A stretch of 64,000 nt of DNA from an uncultured Candidatus Saccharibacteria bacterium (GTDB lineage Bacteria; Patescibacteriota; Minisyncoccia; Phycocordibacterales; UBA918): assembly GCA_964350645.1 (NCBI GenBank), contig CAYGJY010000002.1, positions 340,936-404,935 on the forward strand, in the 5' to 3' direction. The translations under genes were made by a program, and so were the position numbers. Under the pieces are notes generated by a model, which searched no databases, was not told the DNA's origin, and was given only the letters and a program-made list of their open reading frames with translations. Below, in pieces: positions 1-9,642 of the stretch (the stretch's first letter is position 1; each line of letters starts with the position of its first letter).

Positions 1-1794
1 GTCGGTGACAAATCAGCACAACCAATTTTAATTGAGGGCTTACGCACGCTTGAGTATCGGGGGTACGACTCAGCTGGAGTATATATTCCTGGATACGGAT
101 GTGTGAAGGCGGCTGGCCCGATTGCTAACCTGGCAGATAAAGTCAGTGATGATGTCTTGGGAGTTTCTGGTATCGCTCATACTCGCTGGGCTACACATGG
201 TCCACCAACCGAGCAGAATGCCCATCCCCATAAAGATATGAGTGAAAGTGTTTGGCTGGTGCACAACGGTATTATTGAAAACTTCAATGAGTTGAAAGAA
301 GGACTCTTGGTGCAAGGAATGACGTTTACCTCAGACACTGATACTGAAGTCTTGGCGAAACTAATTGGTTCTCTCTACACCGGTAATTTACGAGAAGCGG
401 TACAGCGGGCCCTGCATATGGTGCGTGGTACCTACGGTATCGCGGTCATGACTGAACATACTCCTGGTGAGTTGGTAGTGGCTCGCATGGGGAGTCCAAT
501 TGTACTTGGGGTTGGCAGCGGTGAGAATTTTGTATCATCTGACCCGTCAGCACTGTTAGCACACACGAAAGATGTTGTGTATTTAAATGATGGTGAGATT
601 GCTGTAGTGACAAAAGACGCGTATGAAGTATTGACTATTCGCGGTGAAAAACTTGATCGTGAGCCAGAGACAGTTGAGTGGGAACAAGAAGAAATTCAAA
701 AAGGTGGCTATGATCACTATTTGCTAAAGGAAATTATGGAAATCCCGGCAACGATTGAAAACTCAATGCGGGGGAGACTGTTGGTTGAGAGCGGCCGAGC
801 CAAGTTGGGCGGCCTTGAAGGTCATATCGACAAACTCACTAGTCTCAATCGGCTTATGTTGGTAGCGTGTGGCTCGGCCGCGTACGCCACTGAGGTAGGG
901 AAATATATTATTGAGGAATATGCACACCTTCCAGTTGATACTGAATTGGGTAGTGAGTATCGCTATCGAAAAATTCTGCCAGACAAAAATAGTGCTGTGA
1001 TGGCAGTAACGCAGTCGGGCGAGACAGCAGATACACTCGCGTCAGTGCGCAAAGGTAAGGAACTTGGTTTGCTTACTTTAGGTATTGTAAACGTTGTTGG
1101 TTCAACTATCGCCCGGGAGACTGATGCCGGCGTCTACAACCATGCCGGTCCAGAGATTAGTATTGCGTCGAGTAAGGCGGTGATTTCGCAGCTTGTGGTG
1201 TTAATTTTGATTACACTCTTGATCGGCCGCGAAAAGGGTATGACTGAAGCAGAAGGTAAAGAGATCGCCAAAGCATTGAAAGAGCTGCCAGATTTGGCTC
1301 AAAAAGTACTAGACCAGCATGAACAGATTAGGGCAATTGCTGAAAAGTACGCTCATTACAAGGATGCGATGTACATTGGTCGCAAGTTCCATGCGCCGAT
1401 TGCGTACGAAGGTTCGTTGAAGCTGAAGGAGGTGACGTACATTCATTCTGAAGCGTACGCTGGTGGCGAGCTGAAACATGGTTCAATTGCGCTCCTAGAT
1501 GAAAATTTCCCAGTGATTGCAATCGTACCAGAAGATGATGTCTATGAAAAAATGATTTCAAATATTGAAGAAGTAAAGGCACGCAGCGCTCCGATTATTG
1601 CGATTACAACTGAAGGAGAGCAGCAGTGTGCCAAGTTAGCTGATGATGTGATTTATATCCCAAAGACCCATCCGATCTGTCAGCCAATTCTTTCAGTGAT
1701 TCCGACATACCTTTTGGCGTATTATGTGGGAGTTGCCAAAGGGATTAACGTTGACCGGCCACGAAACCTCGCGAAGAGTGTGACGGTTGAGTAG
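1..1794 (+). CDS. glmS: Glutamine--fructose-6-phosphate transaminase (5'-truncated by window edge)
   Basis: Frame is open from base 1 (VGDKSAQPILIEGLRTLEYRGYDSAG); motifs HTRWATHG, HNGIIEN, SQSGET-like, C-terminal PRNLAKSVTVE. Confidence 0.97.
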   Translation, partial: VGDKSAQPILIEGLRTLEYRGYDSAGVYIPGYGCVKAAGPIANLADKVSDDVLGVSGIAHTRWATHGPPTEQNAHPHKDMSESVWLVHNGIIENFNELKEGLLVQGMTFTSDTDTEVLAKLIGSLYTGNLREAVQRALHMVRGTYGIAVMTEHTPGELVVARMGSPIVLGVGSGENFVSSDPSALLAHTKDVVYLNDGEIAVVTKDAYEVLTIRGEKLDREPETVEWEQEEIQKGGYDHYLLKEIMEIPATIENSMRGRLLVESGRAKLGGLEGHIDKLTSLNRLMLVACGSAAYATEVGKYIIEEYAHLPVDTELGSEYRYRKILPDKNSAVMAVTQSGETADTLASVRKGKELGLLTLGIVNVVGSTIARETDAGVYNHAGPEISIASSKAVISQLVVLILITLLIGREKGMTEAEGKEIAKALKELPDLAQKVLDQHEQIRAIAEKYAHYKDAMYIGRKFHAPIAYEGSLKLKEVTYIHSEAYAGGELKHGSIALLDENFPVIAIVPEDDVYEKMISNIEEVKARSAPIIAITTEGEQQCAKLADDVIYIPKTHPICQPILSVIPTYLLAYYVGVAKGINVDRPRNLAKSVTVE

Positions 1795-1797
1795 AAG

Positions 1798-1848
1798 AGA
1801 AAGAAACAAACGCCCGGCAGCTTCGCTGCCGGGCGTTTGTTTCTTTCT
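1798..1848. terminator. Bidirectional hairpin terminator between glmS and gloA
   Basis: 24-bp perfect inverted repeat, loop TTC, A/T-rich ends, between convergent genes. Confidence 0.85.
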
Positions 1849-1849
1849 G

Positions 1850-2308
1850 CTACCACTGCCCAATATTTTCCATACTCTGCCACGGTTCAGTTGGTTCTAG
1901 GGCATTCCCAGTCTGTAATAGCTCGATCGAGATATTGTCGGGTGATTTGATAAAGGCCATGCGGCCGTCACGCGGTGGGCGATTAATAGTGACGCCAGTG
2001 TCCCTCAGGGCTTGGCAGGTAGCGTAGATGTTCTCAACTTGATAGGCGAGGTGACCAAAGTTGCGTCTGGTGGTGTATTGCTCTGGCGCACTGCCGTCTT
2101 CAGCTGGCCAGTTGTAGGTAAGCTCCAAGGTAGGGGCGCCGGCTTCGCCGGCGCCCGGCATATCACCCGGCGCCGCCAAGAAGATCAGCGTAAAGCGACC
2201 AGTTTCATTTTCAATCCGCCGCGTCTCAACCATCCCCAACTTGGTACAATAAAATTCTAATGATTCATCAATGTCCGTCACCCGGACCATGGTGTGTAAG
2301 TATTGCAT
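1850..2308 (-). CDS. gloA: Lactoylglutathione lyase (glyoxalase I, VOC family)
   Basis: [45 protein letters not shown]. Confidence 0.9.
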   Translation of the reverse strand: MQYLHTMVRVTDIDESLEFYCTKLGMVETRRIENETGRFTLIFLAAPGDMPGAGEAGAPTLELTYNWPAEDGSAPEQYTTRRNFGHLAYQVENIYATCQALRDTGVTINRPPRDGRMAFIKSPDNISIELLQTGNALEPTEPWQSMENIGQW

Positions 2309-2312
2309 AATA

Positions 2313-3023
2313 TTAGTAACCAGCGATAGTTAAAAAGTTGTTAAAGAGTTTTTTACCAACTTCAGTGTATGAGTCTTTTGTAGCAGCAAAGTCAGCACGA
2401 AGTGATTCAGCATCCAGAGCTTGTAAGTCAGGATCATTGGCCAGCCAGGTTTCAAACATGTCTTCAGTTAGTTCAAAGTGACACTGAATACCAAAAGCAT
2501 TCTCGCCAACACGAACGATTTGATTGGTACAGTGTTTACCTGATGCGAGTAGAGTCATATCGGGGGTTAGTTCAACGGTCTCACCATGTAGATGAAAGAC
2601 TTGGAATGTATCACCTAAGTCAGCAAACAAAGGGTTAGCTTTTCCAGCTTCAGTTAGTTCTACTGAAAAACGCTCACCCTCATGATCCCGAAATCCGATT
2701 TCTTGTACGTGGTTTGGTACCACTGCACCACCATGAGCTTTTACTAGCGTCTGCAAACCAAGGCAAATGCCAAGATATGGAATACCAGCGGCAACTACCG
2801 ACTTGATCCAGGCTAATTCTCTCACCATAGTATCGTCAGTATCGTTAGCGCTATTAGGTCCACCGAGGACAACAACTGCTCCGTATGAACTGTGGTCAGG
2901 CAGCATTTCACCAGCCAGCAGGTCAAGAACTGTGTAGGGAATTGATCGCTCATCGAGTAGCTCAGCTAAAATACCCGGTCCTTCACGGGTGATGTTTTTT
3001 ACAATAAGAATTTCTTTGGTCAT
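2313..3023 (-). CDS. Type 1 glutamine amidotransferase (GMP-synthase-like GATase domain)
   Basis: LGGP, GICLGLQ nucleophile elbow, QCHFE (His-x-Glu). Confidence 0.88.
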   Translation of the reverse strand: MTKEILIVKNITREGPGILAELLDERSIPYTVLDLLAGEMLPDHSSYGAVVVLGGPNSANDTDDTMVRELAWIKSVVAAGIPYLGICLGLQTLVKAHGGAVVPNHVQEIGFRDHEGERFSVELTEAGKANPLFADLGDTFQVFHLHGETVELTPDMTLLASGKHCTNQIVRVGENAFGIQCHFELTEDMFETWLANDPDLQALDAESLRADFAATKDSYTEVGKKLFNNFLTIAGY

Positions 3024-3025
3024 AG

Positions 3026-3475
3026 TTAAAATGTGAATTCTTTAGAACCATCCTGACCATAGAGGCCATCGTTCCAAAACTTAATAAAGGTTGGTTTGAT
3101 GACTCATACACCTGAGCCTTTTTCGTTTTCGTGTACCCAGTCTATAGTAATGCGCTCTGCGAATTCAGGGTAGTTTTGGTTGTGTAGAGCTACTCCCATA
3201 GCAATGTCTGCCTCACTGGGATTGAATGTTGCTTCACCAACACCCTGAATGCCTTTTCGATCAAGGTGGTCGCCATCAGCGTGCCAGGCAGTGGCGAAGG
3301 CGAGGCGAGAATCTTCGAGCAACTTTTCGCCGTACAGTGTTTTAGGACTACCAATAAAATAAATCTTGTCTGCCGTCTCACAACCCATAAAGACATTGGC
3401 GATCCATGGATCACCTGCGTGTGGTGCAATTTGTAAGATTTTTTGTGATTGTAGAAATTGCTGTAATTCTTCCAT
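3026..3475 (-). pseudogene. Pyridoxamine 5'-phosphate oxidase-like (split-barrel) protein interrupted by an in-frame TGA at 3104-3106
   Basis: ORF 3104..3475 ends GSGV-TGA, but the same frame continues VIKPTFIKFWNDGLYGQDGSKEFTF-TAA (3026), resembling the family's last strands and abutting the next gene. Confidence 0.6.
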
Positions 3476-3558
3476 AGAAATACTATAACAAATTCGATTA
3501 ACAAGACTAGTAATTTCTCAGTTTTTTGGTATGATTTTGCCCACTTGACCAAGTATAT

Positions 3559-3630
3559 GGTCCCATCGTCTAGTGGTTAGGACGCCAGGTTTTCATCCTG
3601 GAAATCGGGGTTCGACTCCCCGTGGGATCA
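3559..3630 (+). tRNA. tRNA-Glu (TTC)
   Basis: Cloverleaf; anticodon arm CCAGG-TTTTCAT-CCTGG; T-loop GGTTCGACTCC; CCA not encoded. Confidence 0.95.
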
Positions 3631-3715
3631 CAAAATAAGGAGCTATATTTATCAACGTATTTCAAGACACCTTACAGGGAGTTCAGAACTTTAATGTATC
3701 TGGTATGATGTACTT

Positions 3716-4339
3716 ATGAAAATGTATCTCTCATCCTATAACCTAGGGGATTACACAGATAAACTGAAAGAAATGATACCTGCCAACAACAAAGTTGGCT
3801 ATATAGGCAATGCTTTGGACTCGAGTGTTGTTGACCCAGTTCGTAAGGCAGACAGATTAAATAGGAATATGCAAGAGCTGAATGAACTTGGTTTTGATTG
3901 CTTTGACCTTGATTTGAAAAAGTATTTTGGTAAGGAAGATGCCTTGCGTGAACTTGTAGATACACTTGGGACCATCTGGGTCAGTGGCGGCAACGTGTTT
4001 GTGTTACGACAAGCATTCAAGTTGAGTGGCTTTGACAATATCCTACTTGAGCTGAATAAGCAGGACGACTTTCTTTACGGTGGGTACAGTGCGGGCATCT
4101 GTATTTTAGGTCCAACATTAGATGGCTACCACATTGTTGACGATGCAACCGAAACGCCATATGAGGGGTGGGATGAAGTACTTTGGGATGGACTAGGTAT
4201 CATTGACTACACATTTCTGCCACATTTTGAGTCAGACCACCCAGAGTCAGAAGCTATTGGCAAATCATTAGAGTACTGCAAAGAAAAAGCACTATCATAC
4301 AAAACGATACGTGACGGAGAAGTCATCATCGTTGAATAA
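3716..4339 (+). CDS. Peptidase S51 / dipeptidase E-like protein
   Basis: WVSGGNVFVL, GYSAG nucleophile, LPHF. Confidence 0.85.
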   Translation: MKMYLSSYNLGDYTDKLKEMIPANNKVGYIGNALDSSVVDPVRKADRLNRNMQELNELGFDCFDLDLKKYFGKEDALRELVDTLGTIWVSGGNVFVLRQAFKLSGFDNILLELNKQDDFLYGGYSAGICILGPTLDGYHIVDDATETPYEGWDEVLWDGLGIIDYTFLPHFESDHPESEAIGKSLEYCKEKALSYKTIRDGEVIIVE

Positions 4340-4481
4340 ACTCCTGTAACAAAAAGATATTTGATTTGATAGCTTCTCTATCCTCATAAAGTTCTGAAAG
4401 CCACGCTAATGGGTCACAAACAGAGTTACCTCAGGATTTAAGGTGCTACTATTACGTAGCTACCAGTAATATCAGCACCCC

Positions 4482-4598
4482 ATGATCAAGTCCGACAAAC
4501 CAAAGAAATCAACCTCAATTCGACAGTTCATTCAAAAGAAACGAGCCAAACAAGCTCGTCAGGCAAAGCGGAATTCTTCGGGCCGCGGGAGAGGGTAG
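4482..4598 (+). CDS. Small, highly basic 38-aa protein (below ORF-track cutoff)
   Basis: ATG 4482 to TAG 4598: MIKSDKPKKSTSIRQFIQKKRAKQARQAKRNSSGRGRG; TGCTACTAT extended -10-like motif about 35 nt upstream. Confidence 0.5.
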   Translation: MIKSDKPKKSTSIRQFIQKKRAKQARQAKRNSSGRGRG

Positions 4599-4670
4599 AC
4601 ATCCCCCCTTAATTTTTAGCTATAGTCAAAATTCTATCGCATGCATCTCTGAATGTTATACTGGCTGTAT

Positions 4671-5621
4671 ATGCAAAAAAGACACATTACGTTGATCACG
4701 CTAGCTTTACTGGTAGGAGTATGTAGTGGTTTTGTACTGGCCGAGGTTAGTCAGCCTCATGGCAATCACCGCGAAGTACCTCACCAGCAGAGTCGAGATT
4801 ATGTTTCTGAAGTGGTTACCTTTACCTGTCCGAATGAAGCAGTAATAACTATCCAGTACGACGAATCAGCAGACTATGCCCGCTTAGCGCTGAGCGGAAT
4901 GTCGTATGAACTTAAACGTGAGCGAGCTGCCTCAGGAGCCCGCTATGTTGGTAAAACAGACAAGGTGTCATTTTGGGAACATCAAGGCGAAGCGATGGTT
5001 ACTTTGCCCGAGATGGAAGGAGCGATGACGTGCCAGCTACAGACCGATCAATTTGAAACTGATACTGAGATGATTACTGTTACATCACCACAAAGCGGAG
5101 CAGCTGTCGGGAATCCGATCACTCTTGCGGGTGAAGCCAGAGGGTATTGGTTTTTTGAAGGCTCAGCTCCTGTTATGGTGGTGAATTGGGATGGGTTAAT
5201 TATTGGCGAAGGGTACGTAACTGCACAGGGTGACTGGATGACTGAAGAGCTTGTACCGTTTACGGGCAGTATTGAGTATGACTTGCCAGCGGATAGCTAC
5301 AGCGCTGCCGGAACAGTTATTTTTAAGCGCGATAATCCCTCTGGCTTACCAGAACATGATGCTGCTGTAGAAATCCCAGTGGTGTTAAGTCCGGCTAGTG
5401 TAGTTGTAGGTGAGGATCCGCAGAGCGAGTCTATTGTGTGTACCGACGAAGCCAAGGCAGCTGAGATGTGTACGATGGAGTATGCGCCGGTCTGCGGCCT
5501 GGTGCAAGTGCAGTGTATTACTGCTCCGTGTGATCCCATTCCGGAAACCTTCAGTAATGGCTGCTCGGCGTGTAGTCAGGGTAATGTGATTTCATATACT
5601 GAGGGAGCGTGTGAGGTGTAG
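4671..5621 (+). CDS. Secreted multidomain protein: MliC-like + Gmad2 Ig-like + Cys-rich Kazal-like domain
   Basis: Signal/TM segment; ASGARY..FWEHQGEA (MliC-like); GEARGYWFFEG..DWMTE..DNPSGLPE (Gmad2-like); CTMEYAPVCG..TFSNGC (Kazal-like). Confidence 0.75.
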   Translation: MQKRHITLITLALLVGVCSGFVLAEVSQPHGNHREVPHQQSRDYVSEVVTFTCPNEAVITIQYDESADYARLALSGMSYELKRERAASGARYVGKTDKVSFWEHQGEAMVTLPEMEGAMTCQLQTDQFETDTEMITVTSPQSGAAVGNPITLAGEARGYWFFEGSAPVMVVNWDGLIIGEGYVTAQGDWMTEELVPFTGSIEYDLPADSYSAAGTVIFKRDNPSGLPEHDAAVEIPVVLSPASVVVGEDPQSESIVCTDEAKAAEMCTMEYAPVCGLVQVQCITAPCDPIPETFSNGCSACSQGNVISYTEGACEV

Positions 5622-5804
5622 TGTCTATTGGTTGAGTGTTTTGATTCAGCTGCCAGGGCAACTTTTTTATTGGATTGAGAGACGAACAGAGTAATGAGAC
5701 TCAATCTACAACTACTGAATAACAACTATCCAAAAGTTTCAAACAAGAAAATCACGTTACAAAATGGCCCAAACGGGCCATTTTGTGTATGATAGACGTA
5801 TACT

Positions 5805-6566
5805 ATGCATACCGTAACTGATCGTGATCAGGTCCTCGAGGATCATATAAAAGAAGAACATACTCAGTCACCCTTCGCTGACTATTTTAAAGAGGTAATT
5901 TATGGCGGCATTGATGGAATCGTGACTACCTTTGCGGTAGTAGCCGGTTTTTCTGGAGCCGCGCTCAGCAGTGACGCCACAACGCAGTTGTCATTTTTGG
6001 TGGTACTTCTTTTTGGGTTAGCCAACCTCTTTGCTGATGCAGCGTCAATGGGATTGGGAAATTTTCTCTCGGTTCGCTCGGAACAAGATTTATACAAAGC
6101 AGCGCGCGCCAAAGAGACCGAAGAGGTCCGTGGTAACGCACAGATGGAATATGAAGAGACCGTTACGATTATGATGCAAAAAGGCTTTTCAGCTGAACAG
6201 TCACGGACGCTGGCAGATATTTACCGAACCAACGAAGAGTACTGGGTGGACTTTATGATGACTCACGAATTAGAAATGTCTGATCCACGCGGCGAAAATC
6301 CCGTGAAGACTGGCTTGGCAACTTTCTTCTCTTTCTTAGTATTTGGGGCGATTCCTCTACTACCTTTTATGACTATGACGGAAGCGTCAACTAGTGTGGT
6401 GTTTCAACTTTCAACTCTCGGGACCTTCGGTGCGCTGGTGGCCCTCGGTCTTCTCAAATGGCGGGTGATTGGCAGTAAGTTTTTGCCGTCACTCTTTGAA
6501 GTAGTGATTGTCGGGTCAGTCGCAGCTGGAATTGCATTTTTTGTTGGGACATTGTTTAGTGTGTAG
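5805..6566 (+). CDS. VIT1/CCC1 family Fe/Mn transporter
   Basis: YGGIDGIVTTFAVVAG, ANLFADAASMGLGNFLS, MMTHEL. Confidence 0.92.
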   Translation: MHTVTDRDQVLEDHIKEEHTQSPFADYFKEVIYGGIDGIVTTFAVVAGFSGAALSSDATTQLSFLVVLLFGLANLFADAASMGLGNFLSVRSEQDLYKAARAKETEEVRGNAQMEYEETVTIMMQKGFSAEQSRTLADIYRTNEEYWVDFMMTHELEMSDPRGENPVKTGLATFFSFLVFGAIPLLPFMTMTEASTSVVFQLSTLGTFGALVALGLLKWRVIGSKFLPSLFEVVIVGSVAAGIAFFVGTLFSV

Positions 6567-6568
6567 CT

Positions 6569-7006
6569 ATGAGTGAACATTATTTAACGAAAACAGCCGC
6601 CTTTGTCTTTCTTGAGAAAGATGGGAAGTTTTTTTATCTGCGGCGACTTAATACTGGCTGGAATGATGGCAGACTTACTGTTCCAGCTGGTCACGTTGAC
6701 CAAGGTGAAAGTGTGAAGCAGGCAGCTGTACGTGAGGCTAAAGAAGAAGCTGGGGTTCTGATTAGAGAAGAAGATCTTGAGTTTGTACAAGCACAGTTCT
6801 TGGTTGACCGTTACTCATATTTTTATTTTAAAACCTCTAGGTGGGAAGGTGAGCCGCACGTGGCAGAGCCAAACTTAGCTAGTGAAGGGTTGTGGGTGCC
6901 AGTACATGAAACGCGGGATGATCTAATTCCATATCTGCATGTTGTACTAGATGGTATGAAAAAAGGGATATTTTATGCTGATGTACAACCAGATTCAGGT
7001 GATTAG
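6569..7006 (+). CDS. NUDIX hydrolase
   Basis: Nudix box GHVDQGESVKQAAVREAKEEAG. Confidence 0.9.
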   Translation: MSEHYLTKTAAFVFLEKDGKFFYLRRLNTGWNDGRLTVPAGHVDQGESVKQAAVREAKEEAGVLIREEDLEFVQAQFLVDRYSYFYFKTSRWEGEPHVAEPNLASEGLWVPVHETRDDLIPYLHVVLDGMKKGIFYADVQPDSGD

Positions 7007-7016
7007 TTTTTTTGGT

Positions 7017-7095
7017 TTAACCACAGGGTTTTGCACTGGCTTATACCTGACTTACGCACACGCTTATACACCGACTTATCCACTACTTATCCCCA
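7017..7095 (+). promoter_or_regulatory. Phased array of seven DnaA-box-like 9-mers
   Basis: TTAACCACA 7017, TTTTGCACT 7029, TTATACCTG 7041, TTACGCACA 7052, TTATACACC 7064, TTATCCACT 7076, TTATCCCCA 7087; spacing 11-12 bp; consensus is TTATCCACA. Confidence 0.55.
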
Positions 7096-7167
7096 GAATG
7101 GCTAGCTTTAAGGATGGATCCGTCTATAGCTAAAAGTATTGACTCTTTTTTTCAGAGTGGGAAACTA

Positions 7168-7293
7168 TAGATAGCTTTGCATGGTGGTGAAATAAACTTT
7201 CAAAACTATGTCAGTTGGCTAACTGGCACAGGCATGCAGGGCTAGCTCTACGTTGTACAGCAAGGGGCGCTCCTCACGGGGCGTCTTTTGCTT
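7168..7293 (+). ncRNA. Candidate structured small RNA (family unknown)
   Basis: TAGCTTTGCATG/CATGCAGGGCTA closing stem with G-U pairs, two inner hairpins, then a GC hairpin + T-tract; TTGACT at 7139. Confidence 0.35.
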
Positions 7294-7306
7294 TATACAG
7301 CGTATG

Positions 7307-7345
7307 ACAGAAAAGGCGGCGGGCTTTGCCCGCCGCCTTTTCTGT
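7307..7345. terminator. Hairpin terminator downstream of trxB
   Basis: 18-bp perfect inverted repeat, 3-nt loop. Confidence 0.8.
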
Positions 7346-7351
7346 TGGCAG

Positions 7352-8275
7352 TTATTTAGTTTTCAGATGCACGTAGATGTCTTCGAGAGCCTTGACTGCA
7401 TCACCGGCCGAGATGTTGTTTTGATGGTAGAGGACGTCGGTGCAGTCGCCAGCAGCCCAGATACCCGGAGTAGTAGTTTTCTGCGTTCTTGGGTCAATTT
7501 TGACACGATTATAGTCATCGAGTTCTACCACTCCTTTGGCAAAACCTGTGTTTGGCAACATACCGATTTCAACAAAAATGCCAGTCACGGCTAAATGACG
7601 AATTTCGTCACTGTCGCTTAACGTATAGGACAATCCTGTAACGAATTGTTCTCCATGTACTTCTGCAGTGATAGCGTTGGTTATCCCAGTCATGTTTTCA
7701 TGAGATAGGACTTTCTCAACAGTAATTGGATCGGCACTATAAGTTGGGTGTTTATGGAGGAGAGTGACGCTCTTGGCGTAGGCGAGGAGTTGGGCAGCAG
7801 TTTCAAAGCCAGCGTTACCACCGCCAACAACCACTACATCTTGCCCAGCGAAGAGTGGCCCATCGCACGAAGCACAGTATGTCAGACCCTTATGTTCATA
7901 GTCAGCTGCCCCCGGTATGGTGAGATGGCGCCGAGTTGAGCCGCTGGCGATCAGGACTGCCTTGGCGATCTCGACTGTGCCATCTTCTAATGTGACCGAA
8001 AAACCACCTTCGGTGTTGATAAGGGATGTGACTAGTGAGCCGGTTTTGATCGTTACGATATCGTCAGCGTAGGCTTTAAGGTGGGCTTCCAAATCTTTAG
8101 CGAGTTGGTCACCGCTGATTGAGGGGCTACCGATCCAGTTTTGAATATCTGGTGAGACGATGCTTTGTCCGCCCCAGTCTTTAGTAATCAGTATGGTGGT
8201 GAGTTTTTTGCGAGCAGCATATACTCCGGCAGCAACTCCAGCTGGCCCACCACCAATAATCAATAAATCGTACAT
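7352..8275 (-). CDS. trxB: Thioredoxin-disulfide reductase (TrxB/AhpF C-terminal type)
   Basis: GGGPAG FAD motif, CASCDG redox motif, GGGNAG NADPH motif, AAGD. Confidence 0.88.
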   Translation of the reverse strand: MYDLLIIGGGPAGVAAGVYAARKKLTTILITKDWGGQSIVSPDIQNWIGSPSISGDQLAKDLEAHLKAYADDIVTIKTGSLVTSLINTEGGFSVTLEDGTVEIAKAVLIASGSTRRHLTIPGAADYEHKGLTYCASCDGPLFAGQDVVVVGGGNAGFETAAQLLAYAKSVTLLHKHPTYSADPITVEKVLSHENMTGITNAITAEVHGEQFVTGLSYTLSDSDEIRHLAVTGIFVEIGMLPNTGFAKGVVELDDYNRVKIDPRTQKTTTPGIWAAGDCTDVLYHQNNISAGDAVKALEDIYVHLKTK

Positions 8276-8373
8276 GAAGAAATTAACTTAGAATCACAAT
8301 TTTACCCTATTATGAACAAACTAAAAACCCGCTCTGGCGGGTTTGTCAGTTGCTGCACTTAGTAGAAGTTAAT

Positions 8374-9642
8374 CTACTTGAGTTTTGAGCGTCTTAGGAA
8401 GGCTGGAACTGCGCCCCAGTCTTCGTCATTCTCTTCGTCAATCGGGTCGACTGGCTTTGGCTCTGGGCGAGTGTCAGTTTGTGGGGCAGATGAAGATTTT
8501 GTCTGCGAATTTACTGGTTCAGTATGTGCATTAGCTACTGGTTCTTCACGCTTGGGTGCAGATAGTGAATTAAAGATGCGGCCACGATTTTCTGATTTCA
8601 CCTCATCTTGGTCGTCATCTTTTGTTTCGGTCCGACTCATAGGAGCTCGAAAGACAGTTGATGATGAAGAGATTTGGTGATTTTCGGCTTCTGGGAAACC
8701 AGTTGCGATCACAGTTACTTTGAGTTCATTTTTCTTAATCTTTTCGTCCTTGATAGCACCGAAGATAACTTTAGCGTGTGGGTCAATTGATTCAGTGATG
8801 ACTCGGGCTGCATCCTGAATCTCAAGCATACCGAGGTCGTCACCACCAGCGATGGCAAAGAGAACTCCCTTAGCTCCAGTAATAGATACTTCAAGAAGTG
8901 GTGAATTGATGGCTGCTTGAGCGGCTTCTTCGGCGCGCTTGTCACCAGTGGCTTCACCAATACCCATGAGGGCTGAACCAGCGTTCTCCATCACACTACG
9001 GATATCAGCAAAGTCCACGTTGATGATTCCCGGCATGGTAATCAGGTCAGAAATTCCTTCAACCGCTTGTTTCAAAATGTTGTCACACATTTCAAAGGCT
9101 GCTTTGACAGTTGTTTGTTTATCGACGACAGCGAGCAGTCGGTCGTTTGGAATAATGATCAAAGCATCGACTTCTTTCTTGAGTTCTTCAATACCTTGAA
9201 GAGCGAGACGCATTCGTTCCTGGCCTTCAAAGAGGAAAGGTTTAGTTACAACTCCGACAGTCAGGGCACCACTTTCACGAGCAATTTTAGCAACCACTGG
9301 GGCAGCACCAGTTCCGGTTCCACCCCCCATACCACCGGTGATGAAGATCATGTCAGATCCTTTGAGTGAATTAGCAATTTCTTCGCGAGTTTCTTCAGCG
9401 GCACGACGACCCATGTCAGGGTTTCCACCCGCACCAAGACCTCGAGTGAGGTTTTTCCCAATGTGGATTTTCTTTTTGGCAAGTGAGTGGTGCAAGTCCT
9501 GTGCGTCACTGTTGACGGCAACAAATTCTACGCCCTTGATTTTTGAGCTAACCATGTGGTTAACGGCGTTGCAACCTGATCCACCAGCTCCGACAACACG
9601 AATCCGAGCGAATGATTCTACATCTGATTTAATTTGTTCCAT
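8374..9642 (-). CDS. ftsZ: Cell division protein FtsZ
   Basis: GGGTGTG tubulin signature, NVDFAD, C-terminal VPAFLRR. Confidence 0.98.
   Translation of the reverse strand: MEQIKSDVESFARIRVVGAGGSGCNAVNHMVSSKIKGVEFVAVNSDAQDLHHSLAKKKIHIGKNLTRGLGAGGNPDMGRRAAEETREEIANSLKGSDMIFITGGMGGGTGTGAAPVVAKIARESGALTVGVVTKPFLFEGQERMRLALQGIEELKKEVDALIIIPNDRLLAVVDKQTTVKAAFEMCDNILKQAVEGISDLITMPGIINVDFADIRSVMENAGSALMGIGEATGDKRAEEAAQAAINSPLLEVSITGAKGVLFAIAGGDDLGMLEIQDAARVITESIDPHAKVIFGAIKDEKIKKNELKVTVIATGFPEAENHQISSSSTVFRAPMSRTETKDDDQDEVKSENRGRIFNSLSAPKREEPVANAHTEPVNSQTKSSSAPQTDTRPEPKPVDPIDEENDEDWGAVPAFLRRSKLK

Noticed and set aside
5690-5710. Fur/DtxR-like box (AATGAGACTCAAT) upstream of the VIT1 transporter
   Set aside because: Only a short imperfect palindrome about 100 nt from the gene, and no cognate regulator in the window.
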